A DNA stretch of 28,008 bases, from IMG/VR virus record IMGVR_UViG_3300022741_000088, positions 1-28,008 of that record; one strand, written 5' to 3'. This DNA comes from a virus. Its lineage: Duplodnaviria > Caudoviricetes. Shown one piece after another: positions 9,015-17,615 of this stretch. Each line of letters opens with the position of its first letter. Position 1 is the first letter of the stretch. A program made the translations under genes and the position numbers. The notes below the pieces were generated by a model. The model had not been told where the DNA came from. It did not search any database and worked only from the letters and a program-made list of their open reading frames with translations.

Positions 9015-10179
9015 GCTGCAGCACCTCCAGGGTCTGGATCCTCGGCACGCTCAGCTCGGACACAATGTCATCGCCGGCGAACCTCAACGACTCCAGGCCG
9101 GGGAACTGGTTGTGCAGCTCTTCGCCCAGGCGGCTGAACGAAAAGCGTGACTGCGGATAGGGCTGGCTCGGCTGGTAGTCGCGTGGTGTGCTCTCGCGGA
9201 ACGCGGCGCGGATGAACAAAGCCACCTCGTCCTCGAGGACGGCGCGCTGTTGCTCGGTCAGCGTCGAGCGCGGCCAGATCTCCACGCTGATGTCGTGAAG
9301 GGTTTCCGGCATGACCATGACCTGCAGGTCGTCGCCATGGCCATGGTTGCCCTGATCGCGGATGTGGGTGTTGATCTGCTCCAAGTAGGTGTCGGCCGGC
9401 ACACCTGCCTCAAACAGAACAAAGGCATTGGCACTGCCTGGGCCTCGTGGCGCGCTGTGCTCGAAGTACACACCATCGGGGCGCACGCCCGGGAAGGCGG
9501 CGATCATGGCGCGGTAGACCGAGTCGGTGTGCCACTGGTTGACGGCCGAGAACTGGTTGCGTGTGCGCAAGCGCAGTTCGTCGTCGGGTTCCGGATCTGC
9601 TCCAGGGCTTTGCAGCCAGTCAACCGGGTTCACCACCTGGGCGATGCCCGGTACCGGCGTCGGCAGAATCGCGTAGTACCCCGGGGCCAAGTTGTAGCCG
9701 CTACCGGTGGCCACGGCCTCGGCGGCTATCTCCAGCTGCTGCTGGCCGTCCTGGAACTCGGCAACGTGGGTCGTAACCAGTTGGTAGGTGTGCCCGTTGA
9801 TGGGCGGGGACTGCACGACGGTGCCGGCCGGCACCTCGAGGGCGCCGGTCGAGGCTGTGCGGGTGAACAGCAGCACGCCCCGGGCTTTGGTCGCGCCCTT
9901 GCGTTGTACGTTCACCGCCCAGGCCAACATGTCCAGCCAGGTGCCGGTCGCCGTCTGCACGAAAAAGTTCGGCAACACAGTGCCGGCGACGAACTCCAGC
10001 AGCCACAGTACTGGCTTGGTAACCAGCGCGGTGACCACTCGCCAGAACGGCGAATAGGCACTGGTGTTGCTGACCTTGGCGCCCTGGGCGGTGACCTCGG
10101 CCTCCCAGGCCTGGCGCAGCTCGGCGTCGGTGGTCGGAATGCCGGCGTCCCGTAGCGCCTGCTTGAAATCTACGCTCAC
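9007..10179 (-). CDS. Baseplate J/gp47 family protein
   Basis: ATGTWLDMLA, GADPEPDDELRLR and RGPGSANAFV motifs; GTG start overlapping the upstream stop. Confidence 0.9.
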   Translation of the reverse strand: MSVDFKQALRDAGIPTTDAELRQAWEAEVTAQGAKVSNTSAYSPFWRVVTALVTKPVLWLLEFVAGTVLPNFFVQTATGTWLDMLAWAVNVQRKGATKARGVLLFTRTASTGALEVPAGTVVQSPPINGHTYQLVTTHVAEFQDGQQQLEIAAEAVATGSGYNLAPGYYAILPTPVPGIAQVVNPVDWLQSPGADPEPDDELRLRTRNQFSAVNQWHTDSVYRAMIAAFPGVRPDGVYFEHSAPRGPGSANAFVLFEAGVPADTYLEQINTHIRDQGNHGHGDDLQVMVMPETLHDISVEIWPRSTLTEQQRAVLEDEVALFIRAAFRESTPRDYQPSQPYPQSRFSFSRLGEELHNQFPGLESLRFAGDDIVSELSVPRIQTLEVLQRD

Positions 10180-10493
10180 AGGGTTACCTCAATCAGTCCA
10201 AATTCAACGGTGCGCGCAGTCACCAGGTACATGCCTGAATCCTGCTCGAGGATCCGCGCTGTACCCGGCACCAGACGTTCGTCAGCCTCCACCAACAGCT
10301 CCAGCTGCTGGATGCAATCGCGCTGGCGAAGGCGGTTGCGCTCGGCAACCAGGGTCACCAGCAGACCGCTGTCGCGGATCATGTGAGCGATGTCCTGGGC
10401 GATACTCGCGCGGTCATCCACCAGCAGCGGCTGGCGTGACGGGTCCAGGGCCAAGTCGTTGTCCTGGATCAGCAGATCGATATAGAGGCTCAT
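10176..10493 (-). CDS. DUF2590-family baseplate protein (gpW/gp25-like)
   Basis: IDLLI...IAQDIAHMIRDSGL...VEADERLVPGT; between tape measure and J. Confidence 0.8.
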   Translation of the reverse strand: MSLYIDLLIQDNDLALDPSRQPLLVDDRASIAQDIAHMIRDSGLLVTLVAERNRLRQRDCIQQLELLVEADERLVPGTARILEQDSGMYLVTARTVEFGLIEVTL

Positions 10494-12376
10494 CCGGCGG
10501 CCATCTCCATCATGTTTTCCAGCTCCATCGGGCTCATGGGCTTGCCGGTGTGGATCTCCACTTTCTCGACGTGGGTGCCACGGTTCTGGCTGGTGGTGTT
10601 CTGGATGCTGGTCAGTAACCCGCCCGCCGGCACAGCGCCGGCCCGCTTCGGTGCAAGGCTGGGGATGGCATCGCCGATGGTCTGGCGAGCGCGTTCCGCC
10701 TGGCCATTGGCAGACATGGCCATGTCACCGCTTGGCAGGTCGGCAAAGCTGGCGTCGATGTTGATGCCCGGGATCTTGTTCAGCAGGGCGATCAGCCCCT
10801 GCAGGGCGCGGCCGAGCAGCGCAAAGGGAGACAGGTTGGTCAGACCCCACATGAAGCCGTCCCAGATCGCACTGGCCACGGCGGTGACGCCCTCCAGTTC
10901 GGACAGCCAGGCCACGACTTGGACGCCGGCGCCGACGATCTGCTGCAGGCCGACCCACAGCACGTTCAGCAGTGCGCCGAATACACGCAGCAGCAGGACA
11001 ACGGGGGTCAAGATGGTGACCAGGGCCTGGAACCAGGCGGTGTTGCCGAAAGAGGCTTTCAGGTTGTCCCAGTAGTAGATGGCCGCACCGATACCGATCA
11101 CCAGCGCGCCCAGGCCCAGAACGATCAGCGCGATGGGGCTCACAAGCACGCCCAGCATGCCGAACACCGCGTTGAGCATGGTCAGGCCCGCGACTGCCCC
11201 GACCAGGCCCAGGACGGCCAGTGTCGCGATGCCGATCACACGGCTGATGTTCGGGAACAACTGCGTCCACCGGACAAGCACGTTGACCACGGCCACCATG
11301 CGTTCCATCAGCGGGCTGAGTAGCGGGATCAGCACCTGGCCGAACACCACGCGCAGCGCCTGCACAACAGACAGGAACTGTTGCCAGGGGTCGGTCATGG
11401 CCTGGGCCATTTTCGCGGCCTGCTCGAGGCCGCGCACACGGCCGAGCTGGTCGATCCCGTTGGAGAGCCGGCCGGTGTCCGCCATCAGCGTCGTGATCAG
11501 GCGAGCGGCTTCGCCGCCGAAGGCGTCACGCAGGGCCTTGCCGTTGGCTTCGATGGAAAGATCGCCGAAACGCCCCTGCAGCTTCTGCAGGATGTCGAGC
11601 ATCGGTAGCAAGCGACCTTGCTGGTCGGTGAAGCTCATGCCCAGCTTTTCCGAGGCACCGGTGATGTTCTCGAAAAAGGCCTTGTATGCCCCGCCGGCGG
11701 CGCCGCCATCCATGGTGCTACTGAGCGTACCGAGGACGGCCATCTGTTCGGCCAGATCCACGCCGGCAGTGCTGGCCAGGCCGCCGGCAGCTTTGAAGGC
11801 CTCGCCGATCTGCGCGCCGCTGGTGCGGAACAGCTGCACGGACAGGGCGGTCTGTCCGGCCAGGTTCTCGACCCAAGCACCTTTGCCCATGGCATCGGCC
11901 TGGCCCTTGAACAGGTTATACATGGTGCCGACGTAGGTGCCCATGGTGGCCGCGTCGGTCTTGGTCGCCTTGGCCAGCACGTTGCTGGCGTTGGTGAAGG
12001 TGGCCAACTGCGAGCCTGTCAGCCCCTTGATCGCGCCTTCGATGCTGTAGGCCGACGCCACGAAGTTGCGGGCGTTCTCGCCGTAGGCGACGGAGAACTG
12101 CAGGGATTTACGGTTGAGTGCGTCCAGGGCGTCCTGGGCCACGCCCAGGCTCTTGACCTCGCCCAGGGCACGGTTCTGCTCCAGGGCGGGTTCCAGGGAT
12201 TTGGAGATGGCCACGCCAGCGCCGACCATGCCGGCCAGCCCGAGGCCCGCCTGCTTGATGTACTTTTCCCCGGTTTCGGCCAGGTTATTCATGCCCATCT
12301 TCACCTTGGCCAAGGGCGCGGTGATCTGGTCATTCAGGCGCATGATGAAGTCGAGCTTGGCGCTACGATCAGCCAT
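10490..12376 (-). CDS. Tail tape measure protein
   Basis: 628 aa, Ala/Gly-rich helical N-half and hydrophobic C-half; downstream of the tail chaperones. Confidence 0.93.
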   Translation of the reverse strand: MADRSAKLDFIMRLNDQITAPLAKVKMGMNNLAETGEKYIKQAGLGLAGMVGAGVAISKSLEPALEQNRALGEVKSLGVAQDALDALNRKSLQFSVAYGENARNFVASAYSIEGAIKGLTGSQLATFTNASNVLAKATKTDAATMGTYVGTMYNLFKGQADAMGKGAWVENLAGQTALSVQLFRTSGAQIGEAFKAAGGLASTAGVDLAEQMAVLGTLSSTMDGGAAGGAYKAFFENITGASEKLGMSFTDQQGRLLPMLDILQKLQGRFGDLSIEANGKALRDAFGGEAARLITTLMADTGRLSNGIDQLGRVRGLEQAAKMAQAMTDPWQQFLSVVQALRVVFGQVLIPLLSPLMERMVAVVNVLVRWTQLFPNISRVIGIATLAVLGLVGAVAGLTMLNAVFGMLGVLVSPIALIVLGLGALVIGIGAAIYYWDNLKASFGNTAWFQALVTILTPVVLLLRVFGALLNVLWVGLQQIVGAGVQVVAWLSELEGVTAVASAIWDGFMWGLTNLSPFALLGRALQGLIALLNKIPGINIDASFADLPSGDMAMSANGQAERARQTIGDAIPSLAPKRAGAVPAGGLLTSIQNTTSQNRGTHVEKVEIHTGKPMSPMELENMMEMAAG

Positions 12377-12382
12377 GTTTTC

Positions 12383-12577
12383 CTATCCGTTCAGGGCGTG
12401 GGCAATGCCGTTGGCGACGGCGATCTCCATGCGCCGCCAATACTCGTCATCCAGCCATTTGGCCGTGCCCATGGCTTCTGCCGTGGGCTCGGTACCGGGA
12501 AGCCAGCGAGCGGTCAGGGCCAGCAACTGGCCCAGTCCGTCCTCGGTCAGTCGTTCGGCGTGGCCGATGGCTTTTTT
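12383..12577 (-). CDS. -1 frameshift extension of tail assembly chaperone (gpE+E'/G-T type; DUF6890-like), absent from the ORF track
   Basis: The -1 frame after A AAA AAG reads KKAIGHAERLTEDGLGQLLALTARWLPGTEPTAEAMGTAKWLDDEYWRRMEIAVANGIAHALNG, with stop TAG at 12385-12383. It fills the gap before the tape measure gene. Confidence 0.8.
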   Translation of the reverse strand, partial: KKAIGHAERLTEDGLGQLLALTARWLPGTEPTAEAMGTAKWLDDEYWRRMEIAVANGIAHALNG

Positions 12578-12834
12578 ACGATCACTTCAACGTCCGGCGC
12601 GTACTCCTCAAGGAGGGCGCCGGCCAACTGCATGGTCAGTACCGGGTTGGCCAGCAGCGGACGCAGGGCGGTTTTCTGCTCGCCCTGGACGGTGCCGGTC
12701 AGCAGGTTGTGGGCTGGCGACACCTTGTTGTTCGGGGTCATGGCGTTGAAGTACTTGGTCACGTCCTGGGCGGTCAGGGTGAACGCGAAATCGGCTTCGC
12801 CGATGGTCAGTTCGATGGTGCGGCTTGCGGTCAT
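12547..12834 (-). CDS. Tail assembly chaperone (HP1-type)
   Basis: 95 aa with NKVSPAHNLL motif; ends in VKK encoded by a slippery heptamer; upstream of tape measure. Confidence 0.85.
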   Translation of the reverse strand: MTASRTIELTIGEADFAFTLTAQDVTKYFNAMTPNNKVSPAHNLLTGTVQGEQKTALRPLLANPVLTMQLAGALLEEYAPDVEVIVKKPSATPND

Positions 12835-13085
12835 GGCTTGTTCCTTATGGTCGAAAAGTAGGTGTCGAGCAGGGCTTTCAGGCTCTTCTCGAATCGAGCC
12901 TCCAGCTTGTCCAGGGCGCGGTCGAAGTCCGCGTGGCTGGGATAGTTCTTGGCGATCTCCACGCGCAGTTCCAGGTGTTCCCGGCGGGCCTCACTGACCT
13001 GGCGGAACAGAAAGGCCTGGAAGGCGATAACAGCCGTCAGCAGCAGCTCTGGCAGCAGGGTCGCGATTCGTTCGATCAGCTCCAT
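12831..13085 (-). CDS. Small membrane protein (one N-terminal hydrophobic helix plus coiled coil), possible holin/lysis accessory
   Basis: Start ATG 13085 (TGATG overlap); LLPELLLTAVIAFQAFLF hydrophobic stretch; 84 aa; lies in the lysis region. Confidence 0.55.
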   Translation of the reverse strand: MELIERIATLLPELLLTAVIAFQAFLFRQVSEARREHLELRVEIAKNYPSHADFDRALDKLEARFEKSLKALLDTYFSTIRNKP

Positions 13086-13447
13086 CAGCGCCCCCAGTTG
13101 CCACGGCCGCCGACGCGCACGGCACACCACATGAGCCAGGCCAGCGCCCGGTTCATGCCCTCCTCGAGGAGGGCCTGGTGGAAGATCTCGTCGGCCTCTG
13201 CCTTGGTGAAGCGGTGGGTCAGGTCGGTGTAGATGTAGTCATGCACCACCGCCGGCCGGCGGGCTGCCTTGTGGTCGCGCGGCACGATGCGCCAGGCCAC
13301 ACGCGGCACGCTGGCCAGGTCGCTGCGATAGCCGACTGGCACGTTCACCAGGCGCCCATCCTGGGCGCGATAGATCAGCGGCAAGGCCAATACCCAGCGA
13401 TCTTTCCCGGGGACGTGGCGCAGCTCCAGGTCACTCTCGAAAGGCAT
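13085..13447 (-). CDS. DUF1353 domain protein
   Basis: VPVGYRSDLASVPR, AVVHDYIY, EADEIF and AVRVGG motifs. Confidence 0.85.
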   Translation of the reverse strand: MPFESDLELRHVPGKDRWVLALPLIYRAQDGRLVNVPVGYRSDLASVPRVAWRIVPRDHKAARRPAVVHDYIYTDLTHRFTKAEADEIFHQALLEEGMNRALAWLMWCAVRVGGRGNWGR

Positions 13448-13449
13448 CG

Positions 13450-13842
13450 TCAGTAGCTCCAGATCGCAGGGGAGGGGAAGCGCCCGCCGGCGGACGTGCC
13501 CAAGTGCAGGAAGCGGCCGCTGCCCTTCTGGTTGATGCCGATCCGGGTAAAGCCCACGGCCAGTGCCAGGCTCAGCAGCTCCAGGGCGTCGGCGCCCTGG
13601 ATGGCCACGTCCACAGCCTTGCCTGTGCAGTGCTCACCCGGGGCGGATTTCTTGGCCTCGACAGGGTGGGCCGGGCAGCGGTACGCGCTAGACAGCCTCA
13701 TGGGCTTGCCGTAGGCGGTGCGCAGTCGTTGCAGCAGATCCATGAACGCGGGATCCATTTCGGCACCGGTGCTGCCGCAGCGGCCACATTTGCAGCACAG
13801 TTCGGCCCGGCTGAAGTTCGGCCAGCGGTCGGTGGTCATCAT
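13450..13842 (-). CDS. Endolysin, peptidase M15 family (Zn D-Ala-D-Ala carboxypeptidase fold)
   Basis: NFSRAEL.CKCG, SSAYRC..H, H..GKAVDV and FLHL motifs; ATGA-coupled start at 13842. Confidence 0.85.
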   Translation of the reverse strand: MMTTDRWPNFSRAELCCKCGRCGSTGAEMDPAFMDLLQRLRTAYGKPMRLSSAYRCPAHPVEAKKSAPGEHCTGKAVDVAIQGADALELLSLALAVGFTRIGINQKGSGRFLHLGTSAGGRFPSPAIWSY

Positions 13843-14051
13843 CGGCGGTTTCCTTTCTCGAAAGTGGTCTGGCAGGGCACGCAGCGGGTGACCCCGGCCA
13901 GCGCTTGGCGCGCCGGCGGGATCTCGCAATCGCAGTCCAGGCAGTGGGTGCGGCTGGGGCCCGTGTCGCGCGCTCGACCCTGGTGAGCAGCGATGGCCTG
14001 TTCACGCTCTCGCTGTTCAAGGGCCTGGGCGCGGTCGAACGGGCACACCAT
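13839..14051 (-). CDS. TraR/DksA C4-type zinc finger protein
   Basis: CLDC..EIPPARQAL.GVTRCVPCQ; 70 aa. Confidence 0.88.
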   Translation of the reverse strand: MVCPFDRAQALEQREREQAIAAHQGRARDTGPSRTHCLDCDCEIPPARQALAGVTRCVPCQTTFEKGNRR

Positions 14052-14500
14052 CAGCGCAGGCCCTCGGTTTCGGCTGCATCCAGGTACGGCACGCCGTTGA
14101 TGCGGATGAAGTCGGGCGAGGTAACGTCATACGGCACCTTGTGCTTGGTCTTCTCGCCGCCCTTGCTGTCGATGTTCAGCAGGCTGGAGACCTTGAGCTT
14201 CAGGCCGAAGGCCTCGACGCGCAGCTCCTCGTCGCCAGCCTTGGCGAAGAACACGCTGTCGAATGGATCCAGTGCGCGGAAGCTGCCAGCACGGCGCGCA
14301 GCTTCGATCAGCAGATTGAAGTTGCTGGAGTCCACCTCGATCTCCCCCGATGCCGACACGTCACCATCCACGTGCCCGTTGGGCACGCCCTTGTCCTGGG
14401 CTACTGCCGAGTTGTCGGTGATATCCAGGGTCAGTGTCTCGACGTGAACCAGCATGTCGCCGATGTTCACGTCGAAGTTTTTGCCACCAAGTCGAGCCAT
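14051..14500 (-). CDS. Tail tube protein (DUF2597 family)
   Basis: ITDNSAVAQDKGVPNGHVDGDVSASGE and VTSPDFIRINGVPYL; follows the sheath gene. Confidence 0.9.
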   Translation of the reverse strand: MARLGGKNFDVNIGDMLVHVETLTLDITDNSAVAQDKGVPNGHVDGDVSASGEIEVDSSNFNLLIEAARRAGSFRALDPFDSVFFAKAGDEELRVEAFGLKLKVSSLLNIDSKGGEKTKHKVPYDVTSPDFIRINGVPYLDAAETEGLR

Positions 14501-14506
14501 GTGGGC

Positions 14507-15622
14507 TTACTCCGAATCGTCGTTGGAAAGGTCGAGGGCGATGTTTGCGGTCAGGTCTTTCGGGCAGTTGTAGGGCTTGAGCTTGATGAAGGCCTCGACC
14601 TTGGTTTTGCTCTGCCAGACCAGCACGATGTCGCCGTCCTTCGGTGGCTCGATCTCGCCCGGGAACACCTGGCCGGCAAAGGCCACCGACTTGGCCATGG
14701 CGCGTAGCGGCGCCATCAGCGCGCTGGTGTTGGCGGCCATGCTGTTGGGGGTGTTGTTCAAGCGGCGGTCGGCCACGCGCTGAATCAGCAGGATCCGCAC
14801 GCGGCGCGCTGCCTTGTCTGCCAGGCGCAGGTACTCGACCACCTGGAAGTCGCTACCCGGGGCGTCCAGCATGTTGCCGTCACCCCAGAAAACCCCGGGG
14901 TAGTCCGGGTAGGTCTGCGAGACGGAGAGGCGGGCGGCGTCCAGCTCGGCGCGGATGGCCGAAGGCAGCGGGACGTTTTCAGAGTCGACCGGTACCGGGC
15001 CCAGGCCCATCACAGCGCCGGTGGCCACGCGCATGGGGCTGTCAGCGATGCTCACGGCCGCGTTCGCCAGGCGCCCGGCCAGTACGCCCTGGTCGTTGCC
15101 GTGCAACTGCGGCACAGGCAGGACGCGAGGTGCTGCCAGGTCTGCGGTGATCGCCTTCTGCTCGAGCAGGTACTGTGCCCAGGTGAGGCCGGCGCCGATG
15201 CCTTCGGTTGCGGCAATGACGAACACACGGCGCCCGAAAGTGTTGTTCAGGGCAATGGCTGCATCGTGCATCGCGCTCAGCTCGGCGCCGGTGGTCACTG
15301 GCTTGGTGATCACCACTGCCTCGACCGAAAACCCCTGCTGTTGGGCGTGCTCCAGGGCGTCCTGCCAGTTGCCGTCAGCAGCGATCGGAGCCGCTACGCA
15401 GGCCCAGCGGTCGCCGCCGTTCTGGCGTGCGGCCGTCACCTGGGTTTTCAGGTCGCTGGCCGGGATGCCCAGCATCACGTCCAGGTCGGATTGGGTGTTC
15501 AGCGGCAGGATCTGGCCGACGTTCTTCGCGCCGGGGCCGATGAACAGGAAATAGCGCTCGATCTCGGTCACGGCACCCTGGCCGAGGTTGAGATTGTTGA
15601 CGCTGACTTTGCCGAGTGCCAT
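14507..15622 (-). CDS. Tail sheath protein (DUF2586 family)
   Basis: VNNLNLGQG..EIERYFLFIG and YPDYPGVFWGDG motifs; 371 aa. Confidence 0.9.
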   Translation of the reverse strand: MALGKVSVNNLNLGQGAVTEIERYFLFIGPGAKNVGQILPLNTQSDLDVMLGIPASDLKTQVTAARQNGGDRWACVAAPIAADGNWQDALEHAQQQGFSVEAVVITKPVTTGAELSAMHDAAIALNNTFGRRVFVIAATEGIGAGLTWAQYLLEQKAITADLAAPRVLPVPQLHGNDQGVLAGRLANAAVSIADSPMRVATGAVMGLGPVPVDSENVPLPSAIRAELDAARLSVSQTYPDYPGVFWGDGNMLDAPGSDFQVVEYLRLADKAARRVRILLIQRVADRRLNNTPNSMAANTSALMAPLRAMAKSVAFAGQVFPGEIEPPKDGDIVLVWQSKTKVEAFIKLKPYNCPKDLTANIALDLSNDDSE

Positions 15623-15634
15623 GTGGGTGCCTCG

Positions 15635-16318
15635 TTATCGGGGGGAGTTGAGTGTTTGTTTCAGCACCAGCTCGACGAGCTCGGCTACTTCGGTGCGTGA
15701 TGCGCCCAGGAAGTCGCGGCGGGGTAACTTGATGTCCCAACTGGTGGGGCCCGGGCGCTCGTTCTTCAGAGTGCGGATCAACAGGCCGGCCTGGCCGAAG
15801 CGGACGTGTTCCTTGATCCACGCCACCGATGCACGCTGCCAACGGGGCTTGCCGCGCTTGCTCGCCCTTGGCACGCGCACCTTGAACCCCAGGCGGCGCA
15901 GGCGCTTGGCCTGCTCGTCTGTGCACGGATCGTCGGTGTTTACCGGGTTGGCCTTACGGGCCATGGCGGCGGTGTAGCGCTGGGTTCGGCCGTGGTGGTG
16001 CTGTTCGGCGATCCAGCCCTGCAGGCCGTTCCGCCATCCGAGGGTCGCCTGGTCATCGGAAAGCTGGGTGACGTTCAGATACTTGTTCTTGATCAGGCCG
16101 CTGAGCATCTTCCTTCGGCGCTTGCCCTTGGCCGGCTCGTAGGCACTGCCGTCGAGGTTCTGTTGTTTGCGCACGCGCCGGCCACTCATGGCCCGAACGC
16201 GCTTGCTCACGGTGTTCAGCAGACGCCGACGCAGCTTGGGCGACAGCTCGAGGAGGGCCACCTGGGTGTTCACGTCCAGCAACCCATCCAGGCGAAAGTC
16301 GATGGTGTTGCGGGTCAT
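15635..16318 (-). CDS. Virion morphogenesis / tail completion protein (gpS-like)
   Basis: Start ATG 16318 (ATGA overlap); QQNLDGSAYEP..., KMLSGL and LPRRDFLG motifs; basic. Confidence 0.82.
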   Translation of the reverse strand: MTRNTIDFRLDGLLDVNTQVALLELSPKLRRRLLNTVSKRVRAMSGRRVRKQQNLDGSAYEPAKGKRRRKMLSGLIKNKYLNVTQLSDDQATLGWRNGLQGWIAEQHHHGRTQRYTAAMARKANPVNTDDPCTDEQAKRLRRLGFKVRVPRASKRGKPRWQRASVAWIKEHVRFGQAGLLIRTLKNERPGPTSWDIKLPRRDFLGASRTEVAELVELVLKQTLNSPR

Positions 16319-16755
16319 GCCGCTACCTCGCCCTGTTCGGCGACCCACAGGTCGAACGGTACGAATGCCCAGCGCTGGCCGAAGGCCTCGATCTCTCCTG
16401 CAGGATCCTCGGCCAGGTATTGCGGCTCGACGAACTCCAGCGTGATTTCCACGTCCGCCACGCTGCCGTCGAGCTGCTCGATGTCGAAGGTCGGCGCCGG
16501 CAGTTCGTGGTCGCCACGACTCTGGTCGTGGTTTTCCAGCCAACTGCCCAGCAGGGCCATCAGCCGGCCTGGGTGGTCGGCGAAGCGCTCCAGGACGATG
16601 CTCGCCTGGTAGCGCATATCGCCTAGGTGCAGGCCATCCAGATCCGGTTTCCAGACCAGATCCAGGGTGACCTGTTCGGTCCAGCTGTCGAGCTGCTCGG
16701 GCAGCACCAGGTTGCTGGCGATCAAAAAGGCAGTCAGGGCGCGCAGCTTGTTCAT
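16315..16755 (-). CDS. Tail completion protein (gpR-like)
   Basis: Start MNKLRAL at 16755 (ATGA overlap with gpL); acidic; synteny L-R-S. Confidence 0.78.
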   Translation of the reverse strand: MNKLRALTAFLIASNLVLPEQLDSWTEQVTLDLVWKPDLDGLHLGDMRYQASIVLERFADHPGRLMALLGSWLENHDQSRGDHELPAPTFDIEQLDGSVADVEITLEFVEPQYLAEDPAGEIEAFGQRWAFVPFDLWVAEQGEVAA

Positions 16756-17213
16756 AGCAGCGCCGCCGTGATGCGACCGCGACCCTGGATGGCTCTCACA
16801 GCCTGCTGGGAAAAGGCCAGGAATAACTCGCGGGTTTCGGGGCTTTCTTTCGCCAGATTGGCGGCCTCGGGGCGGCGGTTCACCGTGGCGAACTGCGGCA
16901 GCAGATGGGCCTTGGCTCGGCAGTAGACGGCGCGCTTGTAGGTCGCCGCATAGAACGCGCGTTCCGGCAGTAGTTGCGAATCGGCGGTGGCCACCGCCAT
17001 GATGCCGGCGCGCAGCCAAGCCGCCTTGCGCTTGGCCAGGTCGGCGTTCACCTCGCCCATGGCGGTGGTGATGCCATCGGCCAGCAGCTCCACCAGGTAC
17101 TCCGCCGGCAGGCGGTAGCCCTTCTGGAACTCGACAACGGAGAGCGCCGGCCAGAAGCCGTCATTCTCTATGGTCTGCTCCACCAGGGTGGTGGGTTTGC
17201 CGGAAAAGCTCAT
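16752..17213 (-). CDS. Head completion/stabilization protein (gpL)
   Basis: IENDGFWP and YKRAVYCRAKA motifs. Confidence 0.9.
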   Translation of the reverse strand: MSFSGKPTTLVEQTIENDGFWPALSVVEFQKGYRLPAEYLVELLADGITTAMGEVNADLAKRKAAWLRAGIMAVATADSQLLPERAFYAATYKRAVYCRAKAHLLPQFATVNRRPEAANLAKESPETRELFLAFSQQAVRAIQGRGRITAALL

Positions 17214-17248
17214 ACACTCACCGTGTTTACAGTGAGTGGATGGCCTGT

Positions 17249-17557
17249 ATGAGCAAGATAGAACAGATGAGAGAAGCGGCCGTCGCTCGCCGGGCCGCGG
17301 CCGAGGAAAAACGTCAGCAGGCTGAAGCTGCTCTGGCTGCAGCTCTTGAATCGAGCAAGCAGGCCATGCAGAAAGTTCACGGATACGACGATGCTCAGTA
17401 CGCCGACAGGATGGACTTCACAGCCAAGTTCCTTCGTACACTTAACGCCTACTTGGCCGACTGTGATGGTTCGCTGAAGGTCGAAGCGAAGATCGCGGGA
17501 ACGCCTATTCCCGTTGGGGCAATCGAGCTTGCTCCTGCGACGAATAAGACGGACTGA
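17249..17557 (+). CDS. Small antisense-oriented hypothetical protein (moron; C-terminus XRE/HigA-like)
   Basis: 102-105 aa ORF (start 17249 or 17240) that fills the gpM-gpL gap and is followed by its own terminator. Confidence 0.65.
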   Translation: MSKIEQMREAAVARRAAAEEKRQQAEAALAAALESSKQAMQKVHGYDDAQYADRMDFTAKFLRTLNAYLADCDGSLKVEAKIAGTPIPVGAIELAPATNKTD

Positions 17558-17578
17558 ATTTGTCATCGCGACCTCATC

Positions 17579-17605
17579 AAGCCCGCTCCCGTAGCTGGGC
17601 TTTTT
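17579..17605 (+). terminator. Rho-independent terminator of the 17249..17557 gene
   Basis: AAGCCCGCT-CCCGT-AGCTGGGCTT followed by TTT. Confidence 0.75.
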
Positions 17606-17615
17606 CGTGAATAGG

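Noticed and set aside
17245-17260. CTGTATGAGCA resembles the left part of the E. coli recA SOS box
   Set aside because: The right half-site is missing (ends GATA rather than ACAG), so it is not CTG-N10-CAG.
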